Source: Hemiscyllium ocellatum (taxonomy: Eukaryota). Taken from it: a stretch of DNA of 64,000 nucleotides. The notes under the pieces were generated by a model. It was given only the letters and a program-made list of their open reading frames with translations. It made no database searches and was not told the origin of the DNA. Shown piece after piece: positions 50,986 to 64,000 of the stretch. The stretch is taken from positions 33,514,072-33,578,071 of the forward strand of contig NC_083442.1 in the NCBI RefSeq assembly GCF_020745735.1, given 5' to 3'. The position numbers and the translations under genes were made by a program. Every line of letters begins with the position of its first letter. Position 1 is the stretch's first letter.

Positions 50986-51379
50986 CTCAGTCAGATATTA
51001 TCTTTCGTCTTACTAGATAATTGCAGTTGAAAAAGAGCGACACAGTGTGGGTGAAGAAACTGCCATTGCTGTATTTAATGGTCAGTAAGACAGACTAGAG
51101 TGAGAAAGGAATGGAAGGAAATGCTGATGGAGTGGGATGTATTATTGGGTTGAATAAACCAACAGCTGATTATTATCAGCTTGTCTTTGTGGGATTTTGC
51201 TGTGCATAGATTAGCTGCCGTGTTTCCTGAGTTTCAACAATATTTCAGAAGTATTTCATTACCTGAAAAGGGCTTTGGCAATATAAAATTGGTTTTAGTT
51301 AATTTGGTTATCTCTAGTTTTGTATGGTGAGCTTGTCTTTTGCAGCTCTCTTGCTGAACGTCTCCTTCTGATTTTCCAG

Positions 51380-51488
51380 GAAGGACCGTGTCACTGTGCA
51401 GGAACGTGAGGCCGAGGCCATAAAGCAAAAGGAGCTGGAGGTGGAGGCCAAGCGTTTGAGCGAGGAGCAGCGCAAATACACGTTGAAG
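51380..51488 (+). CDS. MFAP1: MFAP1 exon 5
   Basis: (R)KDRVTVQEREAEAIKQKELE...RKYTLK. Confidence 0.95.
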
Positions 51489-52128
51489 GTACCGAGCATA
51501 GCCAATGCTCCCTGTGGGAAATCCTGCGCTGTGGTTACAGGTTGGGAATCTGGGACACCCTGGACCAGTTGCGTTGCGTCAGAACATTGATGTGGGAAGC
51601 CTGGTGGAGTACGGCTGGGTTTTGGAGACTGTCCAGTTTTTGGGGTGCACAAAATTGAAAATCTCAACACCAGGTTCTCGTCCCTTTGGAAGTACCAGCT
51701 TTTGGAGTACTGCTCCTTCATTGGGTAGCTAGTGGGGTAAGATCATAGGTCGCAACTTATAGTAAAATATCAAAAGTGTAATACAACTGATGTGATGTCT
51801 TGAACAAACCTAGTTTGCGGTTAAGTTTTTAATCACTTAGAATGGGGGTGCAGATTTTAATTGATTAATATGTAAACCCCAAACTTCTTTAAAGTCACAG
51901 TCTCGCAATAACTTAAGGTTTTGTAATAAAATGGTGACATCTCACCTCAGATGATGCATTAAAGGTGTGAGGTTAGAGTCAGACTGGTTCTATTTCCAAA
52001 GTGGGAATTTTTTGGGGTGGTATTGGTGGAGGGAGACAACACCAATTTGTGGGGATGGGGGTTAATGGAAGACCATTTTAGTAAGGGCAGATAATTCCCT
52101 GGTATATCACTGATGTGGCATCTTGTAG

Positions 52129-52289
52129 ATTGTGGAGGAGGAGGCCAGGCGAGAGATTGAAGAGTCCAGGAGAACATTGTCAGCTCTCGATGCACTGAAC
52201 ACAGATGATGAGAACGATGAAGAGGAATATGAGTCATGGAAAGTGCGAGAACTTAAACGTATCAAGCGGGACAGAGAGGAGCGGGAATC
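52129..52289 (+). CDS. MFAP1: MFAP1 exon 6
   Basis: IVEEEARREIEES...TDDENDEEEYESWKVRELKRIKRDREERE. Confidence 0.96.
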
Positions 52290-52652
52290 GTGAGTACTGT
52301 GTTTGATCATTAAGTAGAAGTTTGTCAGAACTGCAGCAGCTACCCATCCCCTAAACCCTTGCAGCAACACAATCAGCATACAGGTTGCATACCCAATTCT
52401 CACTATCCCATATTGAAGTTACTTGGTAATTTTTTTGAGCAGCATTTCTGATGTGTAAGTACATTTCTTCCTTTAGTGTGTCTGTATTTGTAATCAATGC
52501 TTACTTTAAATAAAATTAATTTTGCTTTCCTCTTCTAATTATGGGACAGTCAGTCTCTTTCCCTGTCTCTGCGTGACTGTTTGCATGAATGAGTTGATTG
52601 TTTTGTGTTTATGAAGAGTCACTCCTTGTTTCATTCCCATCATGTGTTGCAG

Positions 52653-52812
52653 CATGGAGAAGGAGAAAGCTGAGATTGATCGTATGCATAATCTGACTGA
52701 AGAGGAAAGGCGAGCAGAACTTCGAGCCAACAGCAAAGCCATTACCAACAAGGCCAGCAAAGGGAAGTACAAATTCCTGCAGAAGTACTACCACAGAGGA
52801 GCCTTCTTCATG
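52653..52812 (+). CDS. MFAP1: MFAP1 exon 7
   Basis: (S)[20 protein letters not shown]...[18 protein letters not shown]. Confidence 0.96.
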
Positions 52813-53274
52813 GTGAGTGTGGCTAATTTCAACCAACACTGACCCTTATGTCTGCGGTTCTCTTGTGATTCTGCTAATGGGTGCTTTAGCATGTGCTCAC
52901 ACTGCCATTGGTTATCCAGTGAATTGTACTGAGAAGTGTTTACAGCAAGACCGGGCTCCAACATGGCAGCCTAATACTCTGAATGCTATTGGCCAAGACT
53001 AACAACCATTCGGTCTTGTCTGAGAGGGACTGCTGCTGCATGTGGCACCAGGCCCCAGAGAGAAAGACAGCACCTTTCGGGGACAGGCATGGCTCTCACT
53101 CTTGTTCACTCATCAAGCAAGTGCTGATTATCTGCATAAATTGGACTAAAGGCAAATTTTGTGCTTTGTTTTACTGTAACCACATTTGGTCTATTTTGGG
53201 AATTATGCATCACTTAATTAGTATAAAATACCCATTGCTGTGTCAAATGAACTGATCTTTTTAATATCTAACAG

Positions 53275-53364
53275 GATGAAGAGGAGGATCTTTACAAACG
53301 GGACTTCAGTTCCCCGACACTGGAGGACCATTTCAATAAGACCATTTTGCCCAAAGTCATGCAG
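53275..53364 (+). CDS. MFAP1: MFAP1 exon 8
   Basis: DEEEDLYKRDFSSPTLEDHFNKTILPKVMQ. Confidence 0.96.
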
Positions 53365-53660
53365 GTACGGTATTGTGCATCTCGATTACTTGATGTTGCA
53401 CAGGCACAGACGGTACCAATATGTGTGCGTTCCTGTACCACTACTGTCTGATAAGGAGCAGCTTCTGAGCAGTTTAGAAAAATGCACCTTTATTGCTTTA
53501 TGGGGACCTGGGATAATGCCAGAAAAAGACTGGGTTTCAGAAAGAATCGCAGCTCTGGATGTTGTGGCATAGAAGGGGATCAGCTGGAAGAACAGTGTCT
53601 TTGTAGTCAGATGAGTAGAGGAAGATACTAAGTCCCACTGGACTCTGAGAACATATATGA

Positions 53661-56600
53661 CATAGTCAGAGATATACAGCATGGAAACAGACTCTTCAGT
53701 CAAACCCGTCTATGCTGACCAGATATCCCAACCCAATCTAGTCTCACCTCCCAGCACCTGGCCCATATCCCTACAAACCCTTCCTATTCATATACCCATC
53801 CAGATGCCTTTCAAATGTTGCAATTGTACCAGCCTCCACCACTTCCTCTGGCAGCTCATTCCATACACGTACCACCCTCTGCGTGGAAAAGTTGCCCCAT
53901 AGGTCTTTTTTATATCTTTCCCCTCTCACCCTAAACCTATGCCCTCTAGTTCTGAACTCCCCCCACCCCAGAGAAGAGATTTTGTCTATTTAGCCTATCC
54001 ATGCCCCTCATGATTTTATAAACCTCTATAAGGTCACCCCTCAGCCTCCGACGCTCCAGGGAAAACAGCCCCAGCCTGTACAGCCTCTCCCTGTAGCTCA
54101 AATCCTCCAATCCTGGCAACATCCTTGTAAATCTTTTCTGAACCCTTTCAAGTTTCACAACATATCTCCGATAGGAAGGAGACCAGAATTGCACCCAATA
54201 TTCCAACAGTGGCCTAACCAATGTCCTGTACAGCTGCAACATGACCTCCTAACTCCTGTACTCAATACTCTGACCAATAAAGGAAAGCATACAAAATGTT
54301 GCCTTCACCATCATATCTACCTGCGACTCCACTTTCAAGGACCTATGAATCTGCACTCCAAGGTCTCTTTGTTCAGCAACACTCTCTCGGACCTTACCAT
54401 TAAGTGTATAAGTCCTGTTAAGATTTGCTTTTCCAAAATGCAGCACCTCACATTTATCTGAATTAAACTCCATCTGCCACTTCTCAGCCCATTGGCCCAT
54501 CTGATCACGATCCTGTTGTAATCCGATGTAACCTTGTCCAATTTTGGTGTAATCAGCAAACTTACTAACTGTGCCTCTTATGCTCACATCCAAATCATTT
54601 ATATAAATGATGAAAAATAGAGGACCCAGCAGTGATCCTTGTGGCATTCCACTGGTTGCAGGCCTCCAGTCTGAAAAATAACCCTCCACCACCACCCTCT
54701 GTCTTCTACCTTTGACGCGTTCTCCCTGTATTCCATGAAATCTAACCTTGCTCGCCAGTCTCTCATGGGGAACCTTGTCGAATGCCTCACTGAAGTCCAT
54801 ATAGATCACATCTACTGCTCTGCCCTCATCAATCCTCTTTGTTACTTCTTCAAAAAACTCAAATCAAGTTTGTGAGACATAATTTCCCACGCACAAAGCC
54901 ATGTTGACTATCCCTAATCAGTCCTTGTCTTTCCAAATATATATACATCCTGTCCCTCAGGATTCACTCCAACAACTTGCCCACCACCAAGGTCAAGCTC
55001 ACTGGTCTATAGTTCCCTGGTTTGTCCTTACCACCCTTCTTAAACAGTGGCACCACGTTTGCCAACCTCCAGTCTTCCGGCGCCTCACCTGTGACTATTG
55101 ATGATACAAATATCTCAGCAAGAGGCCCAGCAATCACTTCTCTAGCTTCCCAGAGAGTTCTAGGGTACACTTGATCAGGTCCTGGGGATTTATCCACTTT
55201 TATGCGTTTCAAGACATCCAGCATTTCCTCCTCTAACATGGACATTTTTTCAAAATGTCACCATCTATATCCCTACATTCTATATCTTCCATGTCCTTTT
55301 CCACAGTAAATACTGATGCAAAATACATCTCCTGCGGCTCCACACAAAGGCTGCCTTGCTGATCTTTGAGGGGCCCTATCCTCTCCACAGTTAACCTTTT
55401 TCCTTAATGTATTTGTATAAACTGATTGGATTCTCGATAACTTTATTTGCCAAAGCTATCTCATGTCCTCTTTTTGTCCTTCTAATTTCTCTCTTAAGAA
55501 TACTCCTACTGCCTTTATACTCTTCTAAGGATTCGCTTTATCTATCTTGTCTATAACTGACATATGCTTCCTTTTTCTTAACCAACCCTCAATTTCTTTA
55601 GTCATCCAGCATTCCCTATATCTACCAGCCTTTCCTTTCATCCTAACAGGAGTATACTTTCTCTGGATTCTCGTTCTTATTTCTGAAGTTTTCCCATTTT
55701 CCAGTCATACCTTTACCTGCGAACATCTGCCCCCAATCAGCTTTTGAAAGTTCTTGCCTAATACCATCAAAATTGGCCTTTGTCCAATTTAGAACTTCAA
55801 CTTTTAGATCTGCTCTATCTGTTTCCATCACTATTTTAAAACGAATAGAATTATGGTCGCTGGCCCCAAAGTGCTCCTCCACTGACACTTCAGTCATCTG
55901 CCCTGCCTTATTTCCTAAGAGTAGATCAAGTTTTGCACCTTCTCTAGTAGGTCCATTCACATACTGAATCAGAAAATTTTCTTGCACACACTTAACAAAT
56001 TCCTCTCCATCTAAACCCTTAACACTATGGCAGTCCCAGTCTATGTTTGGAAAGTTAAAATCCCCTACCATAACCATCCTATTATTCTTACAGATAACTG
56101 AGATCTCCTTACAAATTTGTTTCTCAATTTCCCTTGACTATTAGGGGGTCTAAAACATAACCCCATTAAGGTGATCATCCAGTTCCACCCAAATAACTTC
56201 CCTGGATGTATTTCCGGGAATATCCTCCCTTGGTACAGCTATATTGCTATCCCTTATCAAAATGCTACACCCCCTCTCTTGCCTCCCTTTCTGTCCTTCC
56301 TGTAGCATTTGTATCCTGGAACATTAAGCTGCCAGTCCTGCCCATCCCTGAGCCATGTTTCTGTAATTGCTATGATACCCCAGTCCCATGTTCCTAACCA
56401 TGCCCTGAGTTCACCTGCCTTCCCTGTTAGGCCCCTTGCATTGAAATAAATGCAGGTTAATTTCAGTCCTACCTTGTTCTGTGCTTTGTCCCTGCCTGCC
56501 CTGACTGTTTGACTCGCCTTTGTTCTCAATTCTACCTGTCTCAGATAGAAATCTTTCCTCACTATCTGCCTTGGTCCCACCCACCCAAACCCCCCCACAT

Positions 56601-56856
56601 CGCCACCTTACTAGTTTAAATCTTCCCAAGCAGCTCTAGCCAATCTCCCTGCCAGTATATTAATCTCCTTCCAATTCAGGTTCAATCCATCCTTGTACAG
56701 GTCACTTCTACCCCAAAACAGCTTCCAATGATCCGAAAATGTGAATCCTTCTTCTGTACACCAGCTCCTTAGCCATGTATTCATCTGCTCTATCCTCCTG
56801 TTCCTGCCCTCACTAGCTCGTAGCACCGGGGATAATCCAGATAATACTACCCTTGA
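53661..56856 (-). mobile_element. CR1 LINE (ORF1 end plus ORF2), antisense in MFAP1 intron 8
   Basis: Same family as 21964-25166. Motifs DGLNLN, NARGL, GDFNFP, SDHN, QGSLLGP and FADY; disrupted. Confidence 0.95.
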
Positions 56857-57628
56857 CGATGAGTAAAGTTCAACTGCTGTCTTATTTGTTGCTTCACTGA
56901 CCTACACTTCATCCAGGAAAATGCACAGCACATTGATCAGCCTTCGAAAGAGAGGAGCTGTCTGTGTTTCTTGTGGATTCTTTGTCAGAGTAATGTACTG
57001 TGTAATGGAAGATCCCACCGGCAACTATAAAACTCCTTTTTTAAATATTGTCTGATCTCACTTTCCTGGCACCTTAACCATCTGTTGTAAAAGATGGGGA
57101 ATGAGAAAATGCAGTTGCTCCCTGAATGACATGTGCCATTTATTAACTGTAAAGAATGATTCACTTGGCCATACCTCCACATGGGAGAAAGTGGGGAATG
57201 CTGGAATCTGAGCTGAGTAAGGATACCAACTTCAACCCATCTTTTCTACTTCTTTAGTTATTTTGTCTCAAGCCTTTTATTTAGACTTTAGAAATTTCAA
57301 TTACCAAGGGAGTAACTGAAAAGTTTTCAGATTTAAATCTGACAAATTTCAATGATGTGTTATATTCAGCTTTAATGGACAGTGAAGATCGAATACTAGC
57401 TTCCAAAATGAAATTTAACCAATACATAAAAGAAAAAAAATCTGCAAGGTATAGGGGAGATTCTATTGGGGAGGTACAACAAATCATGTGGCACCTTTTT
57501 CAAAGAGCCAGCCCCATCGTGATGGGCTGAAATTATGGCTAATGGACTACACTTTTCTAGCGCTTCATTCTAAAGTTTTCTTCACTGATGTTTTAAACTG
57601 AAAGTGGGTTTCATTTTACTCCCTTCAG

Positions 57629-57811
57629 GTCAAGAACTTTGGTCGTTCGGGGCGGACCAAATACACTCACCTGGTTGACCAGGACACCACCTCATTTGAC
57701 TCCGCGTGGGCCCAGGAATCTGCTCAGAACAGCAAATTCTTTAAACAGCGGGCAGCTGGTGTGCGTGATGTTTTTGAGAGGCCATCAGCCAAGAAAAGGA
57801 AGACCACGTGA
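57629..57811 (+). CDS. MFAP1: MFAP1 exon 9 (last coding exon)
   Basis: [27 protein letters not shown]...KKRKTT*. The exons sum to 1320 nt, or 439 aa plus stop. Confidence 0.96.
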   Translation, partial: VKNFGRSGRTKYTHLVDQDTTSFDSAWAQESAQNSKFFKQRAAGVRDVFERPSAKKRKTT

Positions 57812-58354
57812 TCCTGGGGAGGCAGGGACATTGTAGCTACACGCACTTTGTGCTTTACAACGAGCATCAGAACTCTCACACGGGATTGTACCAGCCCTCG
57901 TTCCAGGTTCTAAACCTCCTTTGTTGACGTATTGTTTCCTTTGCTGACAATACTGTTCACACAAGTAATTTAAAACTGTTTTTTTTAAGTAAAACAAACA
58001 TACTTTCTGAAGAGTTTACAACCCTGTAATCATGTATTTTTTTTCCCTTTGCTGTTGTTTTATCAAACTTGATAAAAACTGAGTTAGTGAATTTATTTAT
58101 AATGTTCTTGTTTCATTCGTATGGGATGGGCTGTATACACTCCTGAAGGAGAAAGACCTTCCTGCTCAGGAAACAGTGAGATCCTACACATTGACAAATC
58201 AAACCCAAGACATTGATTTACAATTCAATTACATTACAGTGTAAGTAGAAATTGCAGTGCAAAAGTATTAAGAATATTGATTAATGCATTGTGAAAATCT
58301 GGAATGTGCAGTCTGAAAGGTTGGTTGTAGCAAATTCCAAACAAACTTTCAGAA

Positions 58355-61020
58355 CCACCGAGAACTGATGGCACAGAAAGATGCTATTCAGGTCATTGTG
58401 TCAGGTGTCGATCCAAGTGTTTTTTTGAATGAAATGAGTGTTTCTGCCTTACCACCAAAACCAACAGTGAATTCCAGCCACCCACTGCTCTCTGGGTGTA
58501 AAATGGTCTTTCTCATGTCCTCTCTCATCCTCCTGCCAGCCACTTTTAGTTTGTGCTGTCTGGTAACTGTCCGCTCTGCTATGGGGAACAGTCTTTCCTG
58601 TCTACTCTATTCAAATCCCTAATGAGTTTGTACACCTCAGTTAAGTCACCCTTACACTTCCACTGCTCTACGGCAAACAATGCCAGCCTATCTAATCTTC
58701 CTTTTATGTCTGCAATTTTCCAATCCTGTAGCGTTCTTGTGAATTGCCTCTGTAGTCTCTCATGTGGAATAGAATACATACAGTGTGGAAGGAGGCCATT
58801 TAGCCCATTGAAGAGCATCCCACCCAGACCATCTGTGCCTGTAACCCTGCATTTCCCGTGGCTACACGACCTAGCAGTACCAATCCATGTAACCTGCACA
58901 TCTTTGGACTGTGGGAAGAAACTGGAGCACTTAGAGGGGACCCATGCAGGCATGGGGAGAACAAATAAACTCCACACAGTCACTTGAGGCTGGAATTGAA
59001 CCTGGGGATAAGAGGCAGCAGTGCTAACCACTAAGCCACCATGCTGCAATTTCCTGTATGCGGTGACTCGAACGGTTATGTAAAATTTCAGCAGTGGCTG
59101 ACAATTTTCTACAGTTCCAGCATGATATGCTAGCTTATGTTTTCTATACCTTATCTGATAAAAGTAGGCATCTGTATGCTTTCTTTACCACCTTGTCTTG
59201 CTGTCCTGCTACCTTCAGGAACCTGTGGACATACAATTTATGTCTTGCTCACTTTACCCCTTTCCACATTCTCCCATTGATGTATTCCCTTGTTTTGTCT
59301 GAATTCTCTTTCGCTCCTTCGGATTGAATTCCATTTGCCACTTTTACATCTATTCTGATAACTTCCTGCAGTTTGACAGCTGTCCTCTTCACTTTCAACC
59401 ATGTGGCTAATTTTTACGTCACCCACAAATTTCCAAGTCATGCCTATCATATTTAAATTCAAATCATCGTCGTCATCATCGTCAGTGGTCCCTCGCAAAT
59501 TAAGATGACTCTTTCCACCCTCGGGATGAGTGTGTAGGTGGCTGTACAGACCAATGCAGCTACTGTTATATTTGGGGCACGTGGTGGTCACTGGAAGGCG
59601 TGGGTGGGGCATTGGTGTGGCAATGTGCTCCTTGCGTTTGTTTCCCCCGGCTTCTGCTTTTCCCAAAAACAAGTCTCTAGGTGCTCGATGCCTTCTTGGA
59701 TGCACCTGCTCCTGTTTAGATGGTCTTGGTCCAGTGATTGCCAGGTGTCGGTGGGAATGCCGCACTCCTCACCTGCCCCCCTTTTAAAAATATCCCTGAG
59801 GCGCTTCCTCTGACCACTTGGGGCTCGCCTGCTGTTACAGAGTAGAGCATCTGCTTGTGGAGCCTCGTCTCGGTCATATGGATGACGTGCCCAGCCCATT
59901 GTAGCTGATCAAGTGGGGTCAGTGCCTCGAGGCTGGGGATGTTGCCTTGGTCGAGGATGCTGATGATGTGTGTCTGTCTTCCCAGCAGATTCACAGGATC
60001 TTGTACAGGCAGCATTGGTGGGACTGTTCTAGTGCCTTGAGGGGTCTGCTGTAGACAGTCCATATCTCAGAGCCATATAGGAGGGCAGGAACCACCACAG
60101 CTCTGTAAACCATGATCATTAATATATAAACCAAATAGCAAGGGACCCAGCACTGAGCTATAAGACATTGGAGCAGAATTTGCCCCATTGATTTTGTTCG
60201 ACAATTCAGTGAGATTGTGGTTGATCTGATAATCCTCAAGTCCACTTTTATTTCTTTTTCCCATAACCCTTGATTCCCATACTGTTTAAAATTCCATCTA
60301 TCTCAGTCTTGAACGTTCTTAATGAACTGCAGTAAAGAATTCCACAGATTCACTACTCTCAGGAGAAATATTTCTTTGTTTCTGTTTTAAATGGGCAGTC
60401 ACTTTCTCTGCATTACGTCCTTTGGTTCTGGACTCATCCCATAAATTTCCTTATTTCTACCTTAAATAAATTCAGTACTTAGTAAGACCTACCCTTAATG
60501 AAACTGTGCTGACTGATTATTCTGTGGATTTCTCAGTGTCTGTTTATCCTGTCCTCAGAACTGGTTCTAATAATTTGTGCACCACTGACCAGTTTAGAAT
60601 TGTTTGGTGAATCACTTACAACTACTTTCAGATATTCACAGACCTCCCGTCCTCCCCGTTACCGTACCTGTATCTAGTGTGATTTGGAAAATTAACATCC
60701 AGAGGTTTCTTTTCATGTCCCTGGCTTCCTTTAACAGTTTGGGTTACAATCAACCTGATTCTGGATATTTATCCACCATCAAGGATGTTAGTCCTTCCAG
60801 TTCCTCCTGCTTATGCTTCATGTATCTTAATATTTCACACTTTAACTAGCATGTTGGCATCATCCCTGTTAGTGAAAACAGAAATAAACTACTCATTAAG
60901 AACCCTGCCCACATCTTCTGTATCACGTATTACCTTGTACATTTGTTGGACAGTTGAAAACATTTTTGGGTTTTCCTTCATTTTACCTTTGAATATTTAT
61001 CCTCTCTTTGATTGTCTTTC
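58355..61020 (-). mobile_element. Old fragmented CR1 with a nested SINE (~58770-59045) and RTE fragment
   Basis: - strand remnants GDLTEVYKLIR and SVLGPLLFGLYIND. Confidence 0.65.
59465..60115 (-). mobile_element. RTE-clade LINE 3' fragment
   Basis: YRAVVVPALLYGSEIWT, LQWAGHVIHM and GQRKRLRD, with a (GAT/GAC)n tail at 59465-59483. Confidence 0.8.
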
Positions 61021-62877
61021 AAACTGAGATCTCCCCTAATATCTAATAGATTGTGTAAAACTTTAAAGAATATAGAGTAGGTAAATACAAAAATTATCTC
61101 AAGTCAATTTGCTAAAGTAGAACGAGGGAATATGGGTCAAACTAATTAAAAATGAATTTAGGGCAGAAGACAGAAGTTCTTCAAATTGCAAAAGATTAAC
61201 AACTGGAATATATTCTTGGATAGATTTGTGCAGTGAAAACCCTAAAATCAGTTAAGAAACGTTAAGAAGAGGGACAGTAAGGTTTTGTTTTGGATGGAGT
61301 AAATAAAATTAGGCCAAATGCCCTTCTCTGACCATTATTATCCTGCGATCCTGCAGAGGGACAAATCAAATGGAGAGAAGTTCTCATTGTCAGGATCTTT
61401 GCCCAAAGGGATGGGATGCCATTAGTGAACAGTGTCATTAGGATTTAAACTGATCATTCACAAAAATCAGGCTGAGGGCCCAAATGTACAGAATTTTTGC
61501 TTGAGAGTTAATTCGCAATCCAACTTTAGTACCCATCTGGGCGCTAATTTATATTTACTAAACTGATGATGAGAATTAACTAACTCATTCTGCATTGGAA
61601 AGTCTTTTACCTATGACTGAATGATAACATTCATAAAGAAACATGTTCCAGGCCACTATAGCCAGCATTTTACAAACATTATATATTCCTATCCAGTGAC
61701 AGTAACAATTATCAATCCAAGTGCAATAGAAAGTCAAATAAATTATCAAGTTTTGTTCAGTGTCCAATGCATAGACCCTGCTACATAAACATTGAAATAA
61801 TGTAATTTTCACTTTACTAGCAAACAACTATATCCTTAGATTTTGACCTCTCTAAGTAACATTGCCAATTTGATGACAATGAAGAAGCAATTTTGTATTG
61901 TGCATTCACATCCCACAAGGTCAGATTACTTTAACTCATTTACTCAGTCGGAGAGGAGACATTTTTCTTCCTTCATTTGGCAATATTACAAGCCAGGATT
62001 CAACAGGTAACAGTAATGCACAAATGCTCTGAGGCATCTATTCCAACAATTGTCATTTTTGCTCACTTCTAATCCAACAACCTGCATGGAAATGCTCTGA
62101 TGTGAATATTCTTAGTGCATTGTACGTATGTCATAATGATGAATCCAAATCCCAAAATACTGCAGGCATTTGTAGTGCTCAATTCTGAAATGTTTTTTTT
62201 AAAAGAGGACTGCAACAGAACAAAAATAACTGCACTTATAAATTCAGCAGCTGGCTGGCACAATGATTGTGTGAGATGGATAGGTTGTAACACCCAAATG
62301 TGTCAAAGAAACTTCAAAAAGATTGGATTGTGATCTCTTGTGACTACAAAAATGGCAATGGGCTTAACTGCAAGCCATTCACTGCTGATCATGTTCAAAA
62401 CTGCAAAGGTGTATTGAAGAATACAAATGGATAAAATTTAAAAAGCTAATTTCAACTCCACTGGAGTGTGCTAGTAGAACTCAAAGTTATTATGTATATC
62501 AACCTGGATTTCAGCATTAGCATGCTGTGATAGTCATAGTCAAAGAATTATCCTGCAGTCACCCTTCTAATGCAGGTAAAGACCCTGTACTTTTTATTCT
62601 TCTCTAGGTTTTAAAAGCATCAGTTTTTTTGTAACTGTCATAAGCATGCTTTTTCTGCTATGTCATACTCTGCCTACTTCTGGATGACTTGCGACTTTAG
62701 ATTTGCCTGTGCCACCCTTTTTTCTGTCATGGGGATATGTCTGCAGAGTGCCTGTTAGTTCTCGCTTTTGACTGGCTCACACTGCATTATCACTAAAAAT
62801 GGAATTTGATCTGTGAAATAAGTGAAAGGAATAAAATCATATGCAGATGTGAGAGATACTTGTGTGCTTCAGGGTAG

Positions 62878-63116
62878 AACAGTGACCCATTGGTTAGCAC
62901 CACTGCCTCACAGCAGTACTACAGTTCTCCCTGTGTCTGTGTTTCTGCTGGGTGCTCTGGTTTCCTATCTCAGTCCAAAGATGTACAGGCTATGTGGATT
63001 AGCTATGGTAAATATGAGGATAGAGTTAGGGGGCTGGATCTGGGTGGGATGATCTTTGGAGGGTTGGTGTTGACTCAATGGGCTAAGCAGTCTCTTAACA
63101 CTGTAGGGGTTCTATG
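62878..63116 (+). mobile_element. Degenerate SINE
   Basis: Head 'tggttagcaccactgcctcacagc' and tail 'acactgtaggggttctatg'. Confidence 0.65.
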
Positions 63117-63965
63117 GTTAAGAATGTAACTGCCAGTGGCTGAATGGTCTGTCTGTGTTGTAAATACCTAGTGCTGTTACAATGCAGACAATGGGCATGG
63201 ACACAATGGATTGAATGGAAAAAATTCAATGATTATTACCACAGCTTGATATTATTGATGCTGCTTGCTCAGTTGAGTTGAAATGCACACCATCTTCGGC
63301 AGCCATAGAGGACAGACACACTGTCAGAGTCAGGACCTCACTATCAGTGTTGCTCAGAATAGGGTCTGAAAGGAAGGAATCGTTTACAATGGAACCATGA
63401 AACCAGCTTGTAATGTTTATTTTTCATTCATCCAAATTTAGATCTGTTTTATCTGCCCAGTGCTGTAATCCTAATTTGTGATCATCTCAGGATACATACA
63501 GGTAAATCCAATTGAACCATTTAGTTCATTCAGAAAAGAACACTCCATTTCTCAATATATGATCAATTTCTTCACAGAGATTTATCTTAATTAATCATAG
63601 AGTTTATTCCAGGTGCTGGTCACTGTTCCTAAAGGACATACTGATGTTGATCTTAATCACTGTTGTTTTACCCTTTTCCCACAATTTAATCCAGACAAAT
63701 GGATCTTGATAATTTTGTGTCCCTGAAAAAAAACTATTTTCTAATCAACTATTCAGCGATGTTCTTCCACCCCCCTGGATCAAATGTGACTTGAACCTGG
63801 GTCTTCCTGACTTTGAGCTGCTGCCACACTGTGTTTGAATGCAAAGCATCTTAGAAAAAACTACAAATGCGTCATTCCGGATGCTGGCGCGGCGTCTGCG
63901 TGCTGGCGTCATGTCCGGGCCTGCGCACTGAGGCAGTTTACTGGCGGCGTGGACGGGCCGCAGTA

Positions 63966-64000
63966 ATGGCGGAGGCTGACGGAGACCTGGACCTGGAGAA
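63966..64000 (+). CDS. HYPK: Probable start of HYPK (huntingtin-interacting protein K), cut off by the window edge
   Basis: ATG in good context within CpG-rich 63865-64000. MAEADGDLDLE resembles the HYPK N-terminus (MATEGDVELELE), and HYPK neighbours MFAP1 in mammals. Only 11 codons are visible. Confidence 0.55.
   Translation, partial: MAEADGDLDLE

Overview
This is eukaryotic vertebrate DNA, probably from a shark or ray (inferred from the tRNA-headed SINE, CR1, Rex1 and Penelope repeat content). It holds three host genes. A furin-like proprotein convertase contributes its first coding exon on the - strand (34221-34051, in a CpG island), and I found no further exon down to base 1. A complete 9-exon MFAP1 lies on the + strand (45498-57811, 439 codons, all introns GT-AG with consistent phases). 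A probable HYPK starts at the right edge. The remainder is mostly retroelements: CR1, RTE, Rex1 and L2/CR1-like LINE fragments, SINEs, and Penelope-like elements (PLEs). The most interesting signal is a set of PLE-derived sequences from at least three families that carry minimal hammerhead ribozyme motifs (CUGAUGA-stem II-GAAA). Several are short fold-back palindromes flanked by target-site duplications (TSDs), and in three of them the inversion point lies in or beside the ribozyme. In the near-intact PLE, the first in-frame AUG sits inside the ribozyme core. Hammerheads in PLEs are known in general; the details reported here were read by eye and need testing. Repeat boundaries are approximate unless a TSD is given.
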